Shown here: piece after piece, positions 14,729 to 30,030 of the stretch | How the letters are laid out: each line of letters starts with the position of its first letter | Numbering within the stretch: the stretch's first letter is position 1 | Program-made: the position numbers and the translations under genes | DNA from: Hydrolagus colliei | Lineage: Eukaryota | Direction: 5' to 3' | DNA: 64,000 nucleotides | Assembly: GCA_035084275.1 (NCBI GenBank) | Contig: CM068748.1 | Location: 5,208,001-5,272,000, forward strand | The notes under the pieces: generated by a model | Database searches by the model: none | Told to the model about the DNA's origin: nothing | What the model saw: only the letters and a program-made list of their open reading frames with translations

Positions 14729-17700
14729 TCTAGCAATCACCACTCCAGTGGGCATTTAACATTGTCAGAGGCCAGCCGGTGAGCTTTTGTAGCCTAATTC
14801 ACCATGAAAGAGCATTAGAGCCAAGTGCAAACATACAATACAAAAATACATCGGTATAATGTCTTTCAAGTCTGGAGAACGGAAACAGCTAACGCAAACA
14901 TGATCTGAACTCTACACTCATGCACTTTTAGAAAGGATAACTAAATGGCAAATAAGGAAATCCTATCTGCAGGTTCTTCTTTTGCGCACAGAAACGCTGA
15001 AGCAACTTGTAACATCTCCACTGAATCGCCAGATAGAACCAGCACGGATCAAAATCAAACCTGAGGCCTTCTTTGTCTGGGAAACTTGGTCCCACCCTCC
15101 ATAATGCATTTACCAATCCAAAGTCGAACTTTGGAGATGTTTAATGGTGTTTTTACTATCAATACTAAGAAACACACTGGATTCCAAGGACTTGGCAAAC
15201 TAAACAATTTTGTCTGAGGCATGAAAGTTAAATATCAACAAGTTCTCATTGCCCTTGTATGCAGACAAATTTAGATTTAATATTGTGCTGGTATTCTTAA
15301 ACCACGGTGGGAATAGATGGAGAAGAAACTGAGAGTCTAATATGCACAAAACCTCACAAGTTACTCAACTGTCTAGACAAAATGGTCTTCCGGGGAGTGA
15401 TGGAGCCCATTGATTGCAATCACAAAATGATAGCAGTGAACATTTTACAATTCGGATGACAGTAATTTATAGAAGCATTATAGGTTAGAGCATTAATTTT
15501 GCATTATATCATCTGTCTATAATCATGCTGACCCATATTTCCAGTAATATGAATGGACTGTTTTTTATTACATGTGGATAGGAAACTAATTATTTTCTTG
15601 AAATACATTTGATAGTTCTGCATTTTTTTAATATATATGTGAGACAGGGGCACTGCTTATGAGTGAAATGATACCTGTGGCCCATAGTTATGGGTTCCTG
15701 CAGCCATGTACCATATCACAATCTCAGACATTCGTATGGCAAGGATATCAGTAGACAGATGTATATTTGTCCTATATCTGTACTTTTTACCAAATGCTCA
15801 CTAAATCAATGGCTGATGCTTCGGTACAGAGATCTGAGCTTTCTGTTGAGTAAGATATTCCCTCGACCTGCTGCAACTTTGACAATGTTTTTTTCCCCCC
15901 CAATTCTGAGCCACATCCTCAAAGACACTACACTTAGCAGCAAGAAGGAATTTCACCCTTACTGTGTTTGTTAAAGAGGCCTAAATAAAATGACTGAAAG
16001 CGCATTCTAAGTGATATGTTTTCAGATGTACCGTGAACAAAGGTAGGGAAGAAACGAGTTAAAGAGACTGCCGGGCAGAGTTCCAGAGCGCAGGGTAGAA
16101 TTGTTGAAAGCCCGCGCAAATGGTGAGACAGTTGCTGTTTTGTATCTTCCTCCAGATGAGGCTTCTATGAACAATTACTTCCATGGTGACACTCCCCTAC
16201 TTGATTGCTTGCCTTGCAGGTGAAAAAAGCAAGCAAATGCCCCCAATAGATCTATCTAAAAGGGTACAGTATATAGCAGGTCTAATACAAACCCTAAAAG
16301 AGAAACAATGGAATATCACCAAAAAAAATCTCTAGATTGTCTGTACTGCATGGTGAAGCTCTAGCACAGCTCAAAGATATTTGCATGTCATTGGCAATTC
16401 TGTTGCTGCATCAGTGATGATTTCTGTGACTGTTACTCCCTTCTTGTTGCAACACAGCATATAAATCTTGCTTCAGCACTGAAGCAAATGGAACTGTTAG
16501 ACTATATGCTTTGTGCACTGCTAACCTTCATTTATTCCATTCCCAATTAATGGAAGGTCTTTGGTGATTAATTCCCACCCGAGTAGGGAACGCAGCGATT
16601 GTGAGATAGATGGGAAAAGGAAACAACATAGAGCTTGTTTGTCTGTGAGAGAGGTGGGAACCGAAACTTATCAACAATTTGAACATTATTATTACCAGGT
16701 TTTCCTGCAGTTCAGATCCTGTTTATTATTATCTTTTAGTGTTGATCAAACAGAGTGGGTGTGTTGAATGTGCAGTGTAAATCAAGTTTTAGAGATGCTG
16801 ATTCCTAATCTTAAATTGAACTCCTTAATTTCAGAATGCCATTAGCTGAGGTATAACTACCTTAATGCAGCTGATAATACACTTCCACCGTAAATGCTAT
16901 TAGACATAGTATTAGGTTTATTAAGGTCTCTTTAAATTTAAAAAGAAATGAAATAACATTTCAAACTGTTTAGCATAGACTTAGTTGTTATGTTAAGTGC
17001 TTCAGGCAGTGTCCTATAAGAGTAGCATTACCCTTTCCTGAGTTAAAACAATTGCTGTGTGAACATGTTTCTTTTCGAGTCTATTCTTTCACGCCCTCTC
17101 GATTCCCAGGCACAGACTAAACTATAGCTGTGAACACAGCCTTGGTGGGAATTCCAACCCCATCTGTCTGGTTACATTAAGATGCGCCTGGGAAACAAAT
17201 ATGAAAACATGTTAGGGGAACCAACAAGCAGCTTGTCTCATGCCAGCTTTTAAAGCAAACTTGTTTTGTTCCTTTTGCTTTCAAATTTCAGTTTAATGGT
17301 AATCCAGCACCATTCTACCGTTGTTGTTTCAAAAAGAATAGATTCCATGGTGTTTTTTTTTAATATTTTAAAATAAAATTCTTATTAGACCTCATTAAAA
17401 CAGCTAGATTCTCATTTTGGTAAAATATAACACTACTTATTGGAAATAATTTCACAAAGTCAAAGGTGTGCAGTCAGTAACTGAACCAAATATATGTGAA
17501 TGGATTTTTATTGGAAAATTGACACAAGCACATCTCATGGAAAATCGATCAGGACTCTAATATGCTGACATATCTGAGCCTGGGATTACAGAGGCAATGA
17601 TAAAGCTGGAGACATGAAAAAATATATAGTATAAAGAGATACTATCCCCCCCAAAACACACATATTTTAAGATTAAATGTCGTTCTTGTCTACATGTCAA

Positions 17701-19900
17701 TCAACGGAAATTTATCAAATACTTTTAGTTTAACTGAAAAGCATACATGGTATATGAAACATATTTCCACATCTATAAAAAGTGATCTTGTAAGCCTAAG
17801 TAAATTGGATATGCATTTAAGATGCTTTGCAAACCAACATACAATTTGTTCTATGTATCTAAGTGATATCGTCCAGTTATCAGGAAATAAGTTCAAGAAA
17901 TAATCATGAAACTATAATTGGCTAAGTGACTGACTAAATGTGAGGGTTACAGACTAAAGTTCAAATCAAAACATACAAGTGACATAATGTTTGCTCTATG
18001 TGTTCCTGACATATGGAGCTTATTGGTATTGTGTTAAGTTTGAGAGAACATTACGGGATAAATTTTAGCTAACAGAAACTTAACAAACTTATTCCCTTTC
18101 AATCCTGGTGGCTGATCACAGAACCACTAAATCAGTCTAGATTGCAGATTTCTCACAAACGACAAATGCATCTTGTTGAACAAAGTTTCAAAGAAGGAAA
18201 TTTTATTTACTTTTTACTGAGTCTATTTTCCATGGTACCAAGTCTATTTTCACAGTCTTGGGACATCCTCCCAGTGTGAAATGCGCTCTATAAATGTAAT
18301 TTTGTTGTTGTTGTGTTCCTGTTTATGGGCTTTACTTTTCTAGAATCGTTCAACACACACAATTGTGTAGATATGAGACATTCATTAGTTATGAGGGTAA
18401 CCAGCAAACTTCTGTCAGCCTCAATCACGGTCACTTTCTAACTGTCCATATTCAATGATAATGGAGTCCTGCCTGGATTATTCTTTATTTTGCTGCTGTT
18501 TTTTTAGATATGCCTTTGGCATGGGCCTCTCTTGAATAAATCTATGTCTCAGATAGACATTCATGTTACTCTAAAGCATATATTTTGCCCTACGGGGTGT
18601 TATTTAACGCAGTGTGTATTTGGAAATATTTTCCTTTTATAAATCTTCTCGCAGTTTTAACCAGAGGGAGAAAATGAAGGATCTACAGTGTCCAATATTT
18701 CTTCATGAGGTACTGTATACTGTGAAGTACATCAATCATCTTGAGGAGTGATTCTCCTCAGAATATTTGTAACTATTTTGGTATGACACAATTCTTTACA
18801 GTCCTATGTCACTATGTTAATTGTTTCTGAATTTAAGGTGCTATAGCACTCATTAGAATATGTTCTTCTCAATTTGACAAGCATTACACATGAATTTCCC
18901 TCCTCTCTTTTGTTCCATTATTTATTTGCAGCCTTTATTATTTCTCCCCTTTAACATGTTTCCTGCAGGAAACATGTTATTTACCACCGTTATTTACCAT
19001 GTTATTTACCACCGGTTCATTTTACATGGTAGCCACATCACTGACATTAATCACAGTGGATCTTCTATATAATGTCTGCAATTCTCATGTGATTCATTAC
19101 CTCAGTTCCCAGCAGCTATAATGCAGGATGAACTTTCTGTTTCCATTAATTATTTTCCACACTCTTTGCATTCATTTCAAGATATTATTTCAGGCCATTA
19201 GTTTATCTCTTTTTGTCTAAAGACCACTCTGGATACAAATTACTGGCTTAATTATTTCATTGTGCTTTGTTTTAAGTTATAAATCTGAAACCATGTCCTG
19301 TTCATATCGGGTCATGGCTATAATTATATAATATGGCCTAAGGCAGGAATGGATTGAGACCACATAAGCTTCAAAAGCAGAACTGAATGGTATATTTCTG
19401 ACCAATGGCAAACCATTAACAATTTCACCCTTAAAAAAGTGAAATAAATTTTGCATGAAGAATCAAATCGGAAAATTATTTAAATCCTGAAACAAATTGA
19501 TTTTGGTGCAAAATGTCATTTCAGTTCTTAAAACCTGCAGTTCTCTGAAAAGGTCAAATATTTTAAAATATTTATGAGCAATGGTGCTGTTTAAAGATTT
19601 GAATAACACTCCAAACATTTATTCATTGATGTTACTGCTGAATGTTATTTTGACAGGTGATACTGTGCACAATGCTGATTGAATTATTGGTTATCCTCTA
19701 GTGCTGCACCAATCAATGTAAAGGTGTAGAGGTTGCTCAAGGGAGCTTTTGAATGTACAGTTAAGTTTCATGGTGCCTGTAATTGTCTTTATTTGCAAAG
19801 GGCTATCAGTAGCAAATTGTGGATGAGTCATTATGTTCTATTATTAGACTGCAGGTGTGAACACTTGCCTATGTTTTAATTTTCCAGTAACAAATTCCAA

Positions 19901-20104
19901 ATAATAATAATCCTTGCATTTGATCTAACACTTTTCACATCTTCTAGACTTCTGAAAGCGCTTCACAGAATGTACTGTAATGTGAATTGATTGTATATCT
20001 ATGGGTGAAACACAGCAGCCAGTTGCACACAGCAGTGTCCCACAAACATTCGTGGATTGAAATGATCAATTTATTATAATTTTTGGGGAGGGATTATTAG
20101 GCAT
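19901..20104 (-). mobile_element. SINE 3' half (Deu-like core plus tail)
   Basis: Collinear with 680..885. Confidence 0.8.
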
Positions 20105-22046
20105 AATATTTGATATAATAACAAATTACAGGAATACTAACAACTGGACACGGTAAGGACACAGTAATCATTAGAAACAGCTTAATGCTATAATGTAAGG
20201 ACATTAGTTTGTGAATTCTGGAAGAAGGAGGTCAAATCAACCTTAGGGCCTTCTTCCAAACTTCTGATGGTTTTGTGTGAATTACAGGTGGCGTAACATG
20301 TTACATGAATATTCACACGTTCAATTACAGTTTACGATTTCTAATGCCCCTGCAAGATTTTTAGGTGTATTCACCACATGTTTTAGGCCTGGTAGCAAAT
20401 TACAGGTGGATTAACATGTAACATCACTTACAAGTGTGTTGGTATGTTTCATGAACACCCTCCGCAGCAAGTTACAGACATGCTTACAAATCTAATTGAT
20501 GGGTAGTAGATATTTGGACACAATTGTGTCTGACTTTGTTTTCAATTTGTGCTTGTGTCAACACAAAATACTGAGTCTGTAGCATTTTATTATAAAAATC
20601 AGGTTTATGTGACTGCAGGAGCATATAGAAATACAAACAGAAAAAAAGTGACTTCTAAAAACAAAACATTAACATAAAAAGTCCTGTCAGACTTTCTCAA
20701 TTTGTGATTATATAAGCATCACTGAAAGCAGTCTGATGGAAACTAACAAATGGCTGACTGGATGTTCCTCTAGAACATTGCTTCGATGTTTATCTAGCTT
20801 CTTGCTGAAGCAACATTTGCAAATCAAGTGTCCACTGTAGTGTAAAATGGAAGAAATAAACCTTTTACACAAGTGCAGGCTGACCCAAGTCATTGCAATA
20901 CAATATGTATACAGTATATATATGTAAGACCACGATGTGACACAGTGAAGCCCACCTTTAATCAATGGTACTTGTCTCCAGGCAACAGAATTTCTGTATT
21001 CTGATCAGGCATTGCTGCTTTGAAATGCCTCCCAAGTATTGACATGGCTGTATTCCGGGTGTAATGTAAATGCTACAGACCATATGTGCTGTAAGAGAGT
21101 TTCTCTAGGATCAAATATAATTGAAGTTCATGAATAAAAATTGAGAAAAAGATTGAGTTATAATCCTGAACAGATTATTAGAGGGAATACCCTCAAAATT
21201 CATGCACTAGCCTGCATCATATTTTAACAAAATGTGCACATTAATAAATACAGATAATAAGATTGATCTGATTACAAAACAGAGCGTAATATTCTGTAAT
21301 TAACTCTGCATAGAAAGAAAATCTTGAACAGACAACTCGTCAGTGATCTTCAATTTCTTTGATGTTTAATTTCAAACTCTTGACTCAAAACAACAAAATG
21401 AATGGACTGGCCTCCAGCATTGATGGAGATATACAATTCTTTCTGTAGCTTCAAAAGGTCATGTCTGGTATGTGAGAAAAATTAAGTGCTAAAAGTGTGA
21501 ATAAGTCATACTGTAAGTGGCTATTAAGGAGCCAGCACCACAGTATAAGCATTATATACAGTATATTAATACTGTGAAGCAGATACTATATGGACAGTGA
21601 AGCATTAGTTAGAAATCAATTTCAAGGGAACAACTAAAGGACATAGTTGGTCAGAATAACAATCATTTCTAATTCTTCAGGGTATTTTACCTTTCACCTT
21701 TGATCTGGAAAAATGGAGCTTTTTACAGGACAGGACAGTGATTCTTTCTATAAGAGGATCGTTTTTAAATGGCCTTATACATTAATTACTGTTAACTTTC
21801 CTACAAAAAGACCCCTGGAAATGGGAATGCGCTGTATTCTTTTGATCATATTTACTATAACTAACTGTCCCATCTTCATTCTATTTACTTTTGGTCAAAT
21901 TTCCTTGCATATTGAGAGCAACTGACCTCTCTTCCCACCCCATCACCCACCCCCAAACAAAACAAGCTAAGATTTGAGATTTTACAAAGTGAAGCAAACC
22001 ACTGAATTACCTAATTAGGATTTCCAAGCACAAACAATCAATCTAA

Positions 22047-22643
<597 letters not shown>

Positions 22644-22704
22644 TAAACCTATTGAATATAATTGAGTCTAGCTTAACTCTTTGAAACTACATGAGTAGCT
22701 TCAA

Positions 22705-23010
22705 GCCAATACAGCCCTGTAGGTTTAGTTTTCATTTCTATGTGAGCTGAACTGTGCTGAGTTACCTGATTTAAGCTGGAACAGTAGATACGGTGCTGTT
22801 GACAGCCCATTGCTATTGATGGAAGGCTCATGAATGGATGTCAAATGAGAGGAGGTTTCGTCTCAGATTTGATGTCCAGTCCAATAGGTTGCAACCATAC
22901 ACATGGGCAAGGTCCTAAGTGGCAACTGTGGAATCTTACCCCAGGAAAAAGAGAGATGAGTCAAGTGCCTTCAGAGACAATGTGGAGGTGAAAAAATTGG
23001 TGAAAATAAT
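22705..23010 (+). mobile_element. Ancient SINE-like interspersed repeat remnant
   Basis: ctgtgctgagttacctgatttaagctgg...gagtcaagtgccttcag...aaaattgg; a related tgctgagtta segment recurs near 58295. Family not assigned. Confidence 0.35.
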
Positions 23011-23224
23011 ATCCAGAAAAACTGTAGATTTTTTTTTAAACTTTTATTTTTCTATCAAAACTGAGGTGCTAAGCGTTTCAGAATTCCCATAGCAGGAATC
23101 ATGGTAGATGTGATCTATTACTTCTCCACTCGTTGCTAAGAGATGAAAACCATTAGATTTTTCAATATTGTATTGCAATTGTGAACCAAGCACTATTATC
23201 AGCAGCCTATTGAAAACACCAAAC

Positions 23225-24118
23225 TGCATTTATACAGCACCTTTCATGTTGGAAGGATGTCCCAAGGCACTGGTCAATATGAGGTTTGCACCTGAGCTGT
23301 GGGTTGGGATCAGAATGGAGGAGGGAAAGTGACCAAAGGTACAGTCAAAAAGTAAATGATTTAGATGGACTTTGAAGGAGACAAAAGGGTTCCAGAGGGT
23401 GGGGCAGAAAAGCCTGAAGGCCCGCCTGCTGATAATGGAGCAGGCAGGGCAGTGGCGTGGAGCAGACCAGGTTCTGCAGAGCAAGGGGAGCGAACAGATT
23501 GGTAAAGCTTTAATAGGTTGCAGAGCTTTCAAAGTGAGGACAAGGATCTTGAACTTCATCCTCTGGTGGATGGGGAGCCAGTGAAGCCAGGCACTGATCG
23601 ACTCACAAAGCTTAGTGCAGGAAAGAAAACAAGCTGCACAGTTCAGAATAATTTGCAGCTTGTAGGGGAAGAGTTGGGAAGTCCAGCGAACATGGGTGTT
23701 AGGAAAGTCAAGCCTGGACATAATGAAAATGTGAATGAGGGTTTCCGAAGCCTGAGGAGAGAGATAACGGGGAGGCAGGCAATTTCACGAAGGTGAGGGG
23801 TGGCAGAATGGGTCATGGCACAGATGTGGGGTTTAAAGGGCAGTTGATGGTCAAATTTGACTTTGAGGTTCTGTACTGGCTTTGTGAGGAGGATATTGCA
23901 AGCATGCAGTGATGCTATCGGTGCCTGAGGTGTGGAGGTTCTGATGAGAGACAAGTACTGCACTAGAGCATCGAACTTGTTGACATTCAACTGTAGAAAA
24001 TTGGCTCTCATCCAGGACTTGAAGTCTGACAGGCAATCCGTCAGAGCAGCAGTAAACCTAGAGTCAAGGTTGGTGGCAGAGAGATGGAGTTGGATGTCAT
24101 CTGCATACATGGTGAATT
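23225..24118 (-). mobile_element. L2-clade LINE, 5'-truncated (RT domain to 3' tail), frameshifted
   Basis: Minus-strand ORFs contain YADDIQLH (RT YxDD), WMRANFLQLNVNK, SRLD and LHWLPIHQRMKFKILVL; tail ccttgggacatccttccaacatgaaaggtgctgtataaatgca. Confidence 0.9.
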
Positions 24119-24549
24119 TGCCAAAGGATGTATTTATTTGTCAAAAAAATACAGAATTTTGTTTGCTCTAGATTTTCAGTGTCTTTTGAAGCAGCCGGTT
24201 CTTATATTATAGTACAACTTTTTTTGTGGTGCTTGTTTTTTTTGTTAAATAATGGCAGCAGTGAGGTGGTGCTCTATATGTTTTGTGAACTTGGGAAGTG
24301 ATTTGGAAAATTGCCAACTACAAATGAGCTAAAGAACAATGTTTCGCTACTATTGATTAGCATTTCTCCGGCAACCAACCTTGGTTACCAAACATAATCA
24401 TTCATGTTTCATTAATGTTGCTTTTATAGAATTTCTTATTGCAGATAACATCCGCTGTGCTATTATGCCTTAAAATTCACTTCTGTTGAATAAACTCCAT
24501 TAAGCATGTGAGAAGGACAAAGATCAATAAAAATGAAAAGTTGTATAAC

Positions 24550-24955
24550 ACCAATGGTGAAGTGGAGGGGACAAGGGACAAACAGGAGGTAGGAGCGAGC
24601 AGAGCGGAGACAGTGGGTAGTGGAGTGAGGGATAAATAGATCAGATAGTTTAGCTATCCGATTGGATAGGTGCTAGGACACAAAGGGATTAGAACACGAG
24701 TGGTAGGATCTTGAAATCGATCTGTTTGGTAATTGGGAGCCGGTGGAGCCAGGCAAGGACTGATGTGAAGGAGGTTACAGAATTTTGTGGGGGTTAGTAT
24801 CTGGAAGGCGTAGTTTTTAAGTAATTGGATTTTGTGTATGGCAGAGCTATGGAGACCAGTTAGGGGGAAGTGGCAAAGGCATAGATGAGGGTTCCTGCTG
24901 CATTGATTGTGAGACGGAGGCGGTCAATGTGACTGAGGTGGAAAAATGCAGTCAA
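24550..24955 (-). mobile_element. Heavily decayed L2-like fragment
   Basis: Purine-rich + strand with aggatcttgaa...tgggagccggtggag, paralleling 23540-23590 and 31810-31860. Confidence 0.45.
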
Positions 24956-27393
24956 GAACTGGATATAAATGTGCTTTATAGACAGGTTAAAATGTTTTCC
25001 AGTCTCATGTTTTGTAAGGATGATTTAATAGATTCAGAATATTAGACGTAAAAGATTTGCAGTAAACGTTGATCACATTTATATTTCACGTTTTGGAAAA
25101 TCTTACATTTCATAACAAAGCTGTCTGCAAAATGTCAAGGTAGATATTTTATATTAGAACATATGAACTGACAAGCTGGCTCTGTTCCCTGCTGTTTCAG
25201 AAGCTGAATAAATAACTTGCCATGGAGCGCTGGATGCAGATGTAATAAGAGTTATCATTTCTAAGATAATTTATCTTGATTAAAAACTAAAAAGCCAACA
25301 AATCACATTAGCTCAAAAAAAAATACTTATTTTGTTGTGTTGCAACCCAATGTAAAATTGCTCGGTTGTAGGTCTATCCAACCTCAATAATTAATACCGC
25401 TTGAATTGACAGATTCCATGACCCAGTTATACTGAAGGTACCAATGTTAGACTGGTACTTTGAATGGTGAGATGATTCACTGTGAGCATGGAGGGCAACA
25501 CGCTTCTCTGCATCCGTCTCTGTTTAATAAAATCAAAATGTCAAAATCTTGTCAAATCCGCACAACAAATCTGCGGTTTAATTGTCACATTAAATTTAAT
25601 TGAATACAGTAATTTCTAATCTGTTTAAATCATTTATAGTCTGAGTCGATTCATACATATCGGGTATGGGAATAAGGAAGGGCTTGATGATTGAAGGAGC
25701 ACCTTGTCTGAGAGCAGATGCAAACAGGATGGATCAAATGACCATCTGTGGCCATTTACCTGTGCTGTAAATGTCCATGTTTCTATGTGGTGCATATGTG
25801 CTGCATCCCAAAGTTCACTGGAAGCCTAAGCAACAACGACAATAGCAAAATTACAGCACCTTTCAAGTAAGGAGACATCCCAAGTCACTGGCACTTGTTG
25901 TAGCTTGAGCTGGGACTACTATATGCAGTGAGTTCTCATACTCCACGTTGAGGCCAAATCCTTTCCCACTGAGAAGCAGGTTGTTAATGGAATCTCCTCA
26001 GGCCAACATTATGGGCCTTCTAACAGATTGGTTCACAGCAGGGTTAGTTCCAGGTCAACCAGTTCTCCTCTTGACGAGGAATACTACTTGGCACATGGAA
26101 AAAGACAGATAGAAAACACCCTCAGACCAAAACAGTACCAAATGTTTTTTTATTGTTTTGCCATTTTTCCGTATGCCACCATATGCCACCTTTTGTGGTA
26201 TTTTAAAATTAAATATCAAAGAAGTACAATACCTCAGAAGGGAATTCTGTAAAGTCAAAGATAACCTTGGTACTATAGAAGAAAGCTTAATACAAAACTA
26301 TGTATTTCCTTTATCTGAAGCAAACTTCATCAAGTATTTATAAGATGGAAAATATGTTATTGGCATCTTATCCATCATTTTCTTGCATTTCCCAAATCTA
26401 CGATTTATTAACATTCATATTTTGATTTGTTTCTCCCAGAAAGGTTCACAAATGCAACTGGTTTGAAGGGTCAAGATCTAATTTACAGATCTAATGTTCT
26501 ATAAACAACTGTAAGAACTCTAGTGAAATGGGGTGCACAATTTTCAGTGTATCAGTTGTACTGGTGACTTTCTGATATTGATAGACTTGAATTGACAAGG
26601 TGAAAGAATCCTCTCTCTGCTATGACTTGATGATGTGTATACGGTAATTGCTTTTATAACTGGGCTGAGCTGCTATGTCAGCTCTCAACAGCATGAAAAG
26701 GCAACCCCTGAAATTTATATTCTGTATCAAAAGCCTGAACTTGTGGATTTTATGTATTATTTTCAAATAGTGCAGTAGCTGCAAAATGTTATACAACTGT
26801 TAAGAAAGTCCTCCTTGTAATCTATCATTCACGTAAATCTACAGATTAAGAAGGCTTAATTTGTGCAGGTCTTTACTTTGCATTCCTTTTCTGAAATAGA
26901 ATGACATTTGATGCTGTTTTTAAACAGAAGAGTGTATATAATTTCAGTTAAAAATTATTGATTTAAAAGCAGTGAAGTAAACAAAGGAACTATAATATAA
27001 AACTGTTGTTATAGAAACCACCTAACATTAAATTCATTTTGAATGCACTTAATAATTGATCTCATCAAAAAATAATGTGCTTTACAGTTTATAATCCATG
27101 CTATATAATTTCTTCCATTGAAGTGTTGGGTTAAAGATGCGTAATTGTTATCAAATATACAATTCTTTCATTACCTAAACAAATTGCAGATTCGATGATT
27201 GTATGAGTAGATCAAAATTCATATAAATTCCCAAATGATTTCAATAGTTACCATTGTCGTTTATTACTTAGCCATGATAGGTCATAAACACACATATATA
27301 TATATATAATGCTCTACTGAAGTCATTCTTGTTCTTCAGCTGTTACTATGCACAATGGACAATGGATTAATATCAATGGATATTCAATGTATT

Positions 27394-27635
27394 GTGGAGG
27401 CCTGTAGCTCAGTGGTTAGAGCATCCACCTTACAAATGAGAAATCTGGGTTCAATTCCAGGCAGGGTGAAACTTTGGGCAAGATTCCTTACTCCACATGC
27501 CTAACAATAATCCCTAAAAAAAAAAAAATTTTTTGTCATCAATTCACTTTACAATATATTCTGTGACACGCTTTCTGACATCCAAAAGCTGTGAAAAGAG
27601 CTATATCAAATGCAAAGATTATTATTATTATTATT
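27394..27635 (+). mobile_element. tRNA-derived SINE with the central core deleted
   Basis: Head tagctcagtggttagagc...ggttcaattcc, A-rich linker, then directly the tail caattcactttac...atcaaatgcaaag(att)n. Confidence 0.85.
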
Positions 27636-28784
27636 TGGATCTTTCAGATTTTTACAAACAAAGGGATAAAGTAAGCTATGTTCAATTATATCAGTTTGTC
27701 TTTGTGTATTGGGCGACTAAATAACATATTGTTGTTGTTGCCTATTCTTGACATTTCCATTTCAGTGCTCGAGAATCAAGGTTTCTGTTGCCATTGGTTT
27801 TATATTTAGGGTTAAAATTTTTTTTAAAGAGGATATATAATAATTAAAGGAATCTGTTTTCCAAGTTGTGACAAAGGGTCTTCATTGCCATGATTTGCTT
27901 CTGATTCCAGTGCTTTGGATCAATTCTTCCTCATCGTACTGGAATGCACTTCAGAGGCAATAAAATGTTGTCTTGCGAGTTTTGTGGCAATTCTGATTCA
28001 ATTCTGGTCATAGAGAATACAGTGGCTATGAAACAAATTGGTGGACATTTAAAATGCAGTCAAATTGTTTTAATCTCAATCGTCAGAAATAATTAAATCC
28101 ATCCTCTGTCACATCAATTGAGCCAAGCAGCGAATTGAAAGGTTGGATTAACTCTCAACAGGGTACATATGATCTAATCTTGTGATTACATTTTGTCCAT
28201 CCACAAAAAAAATTGCATTTCTAAATTATTCTGAATTTTCAGTTAGTAGGAGAAATCAATGGCAGTAAATGAAGGATAAGTAATGAAGGTCACCTCCCTT
28301 TCCTAACATCGTAACAAGATGAGCTTTCATTGTTAGAATGGTATTTTTAAAGCATGACTGCGAAATATGAATCAAGCTGAACTCATGCAGTATTAAAAAC
28401 AATTGAACTGTCATAGGTTTGAAAATATTTTGAGTCATATCACAACTTTAAAGATAAACGATCGACATCAATCATATTCTATTCTCTGTATGGTTAACGT
28501 CTATAAAAAAAAAGCCGCATTATTTAGCCCAATTTGTGATACATTTTGCTATTTTGCAACTGGTGCATTTAATAATAATAATAAGTTTCTAGCATCTTGT
28601 TGAAATATGCTAAAGCATTTTTGTTTTACTGTCTAGACAATCTAGACAATAATAATGCACAGTGCAGCCATTTCCTCCAGAACAACAGAGCAAAACAATA
28701 TAATGCCTCTCTGAACTCCAGCAGAATATAGTTTTTTTAAAGAACGATATAAAAGTGATTTGAAGACAGTAGAAATATTCCTTA

Positions 28785-29057
28785 CATTTAAAATAGCATC
28801 ATTCACATTTGGGAAGACGTTTCAAAGTGCTTCACAGGATTTTGTTTTACTGTAAATCTGTAGTGGCTGTGTATTTTGTAAGCGAACGGGGCAGTCAATT
28901 TATGCACAGCCAGGTCAAGTCAAAATAAAGCACTTCAAATCCACCTCAAAAGACAGACGGGATCTGCTCCAAAGGGCAGCACCTCCACAATGTATTGGAG
29001 AACCAGTTTGGACTGTGTGCGTTCAAATCCTAATTTGGGGCTTAACCCCACAATCTT
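28785..29057 (-). mobile_element. Old DeuSINE-like element
   Basis: Tail tcaaagtgcttcacagg, core caatttatgcacagc and head-like aaagggcagcacctcc...aacccacaatctt in reverse orientation. Confidence 0.55.
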
Positions 29058-29477
29058 ATTCTATTTTCGTTAAAAGAAAGCATTTTAGAAAAGTTTTGAA
29101 GAGGCTGAAGTTTAAATGTTTGATGAATATTTCCCAAATTTCCCTTACATGTGCACTATAGCTAGACAACAGCACGTCCTTGAAGTCACTGAGTGATGAA
29201 AATTTTGTTAGACTGCCCTGTCAAAGAAATATTGTATGTTTTCTAATCTGGCCCAGGAGGGCGACAGTGATGAAAATTGGTTAGTTTCCTATAGATAATT
29301 TAAAGGTTTCATACGATAATATACACTTGACCTTCAAAAGTAATAATAATTCACTTTGAAGAAAAGATTGTTTGGTTGTTACCAACATTTTAAAAACACA
29401 ACAAAAAATAATACATTATTGAATATTGTTCATCCCATACCATAAAGTTCTGCTAAATAGTTACTTAATTTCTCTTG

Positions 29478-30030
29478 GATTTTGTCCAGGCTCAACTCTG
29501 CCAACACGCTGCTTGTTGGACTCTCCAATTCCTCCCTCCATAGGCTGCAGATCATCCATAACTCTGCAGCCTGGATCCTCTCCGCGACTCTATCTTCCCC
29601 ATTCTCGCCCCACTCCACTGGCTTCCCATCACTCAAAGGATTCAAGATCCTGGTCCTCAACTTCAAAGCCCTCCATGGCTTTGCCTCAAACTACCTCTGT
29701 GACCTCCTAACCCCTACCAACCTGTTCACTCCCTCAACTTAGTGGGCTCCGGCCTGCTCCATGTGCCCCAACCCACCTGTCCCAGCATCGGCGGACAAGC
29801 CTTCAGCCACTCTGCCCCCAACCTTTGGAATTCCAATCGGCAATCCCTCCACCTCGCCCCACTCTTCAAGTCCCACCTCAAGACCTTCCTGTTCCACCAT
29901 GCCATCGATCACCCCCCGTCCCTCCTCCCTGCCGGATCCCGACCCCAGCTCAGGTCCGAAACACTGATAGTCCAGCGCCTTGGGATATCCTCCTGACGTG
30001 AAATGCACTAAACAAATGTAATTTTGTTGG
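29478..30030 (+). mobile_element. L2-clade LINE 3' fragment
   Basis: SRLNSANTLLVGLSNSSLHRLQIIHNSAAWIL...FKILVL...GGQAFSHSAPNLWNS...FKSHLKTFLF, then tail cagcgccttgggatatcctcctgacgtgaaatgc...ttgttg. Confidence 0.9.

Noticed and set aside
23230-24171. Cluster of overlapping ORFs on both strands (also 29426-30008, 31666-32374, 45938-46469)
   Set aside because: Frameshifted L2 ORF2 fragments and their antisense shadows, not host genes; no full-length element.
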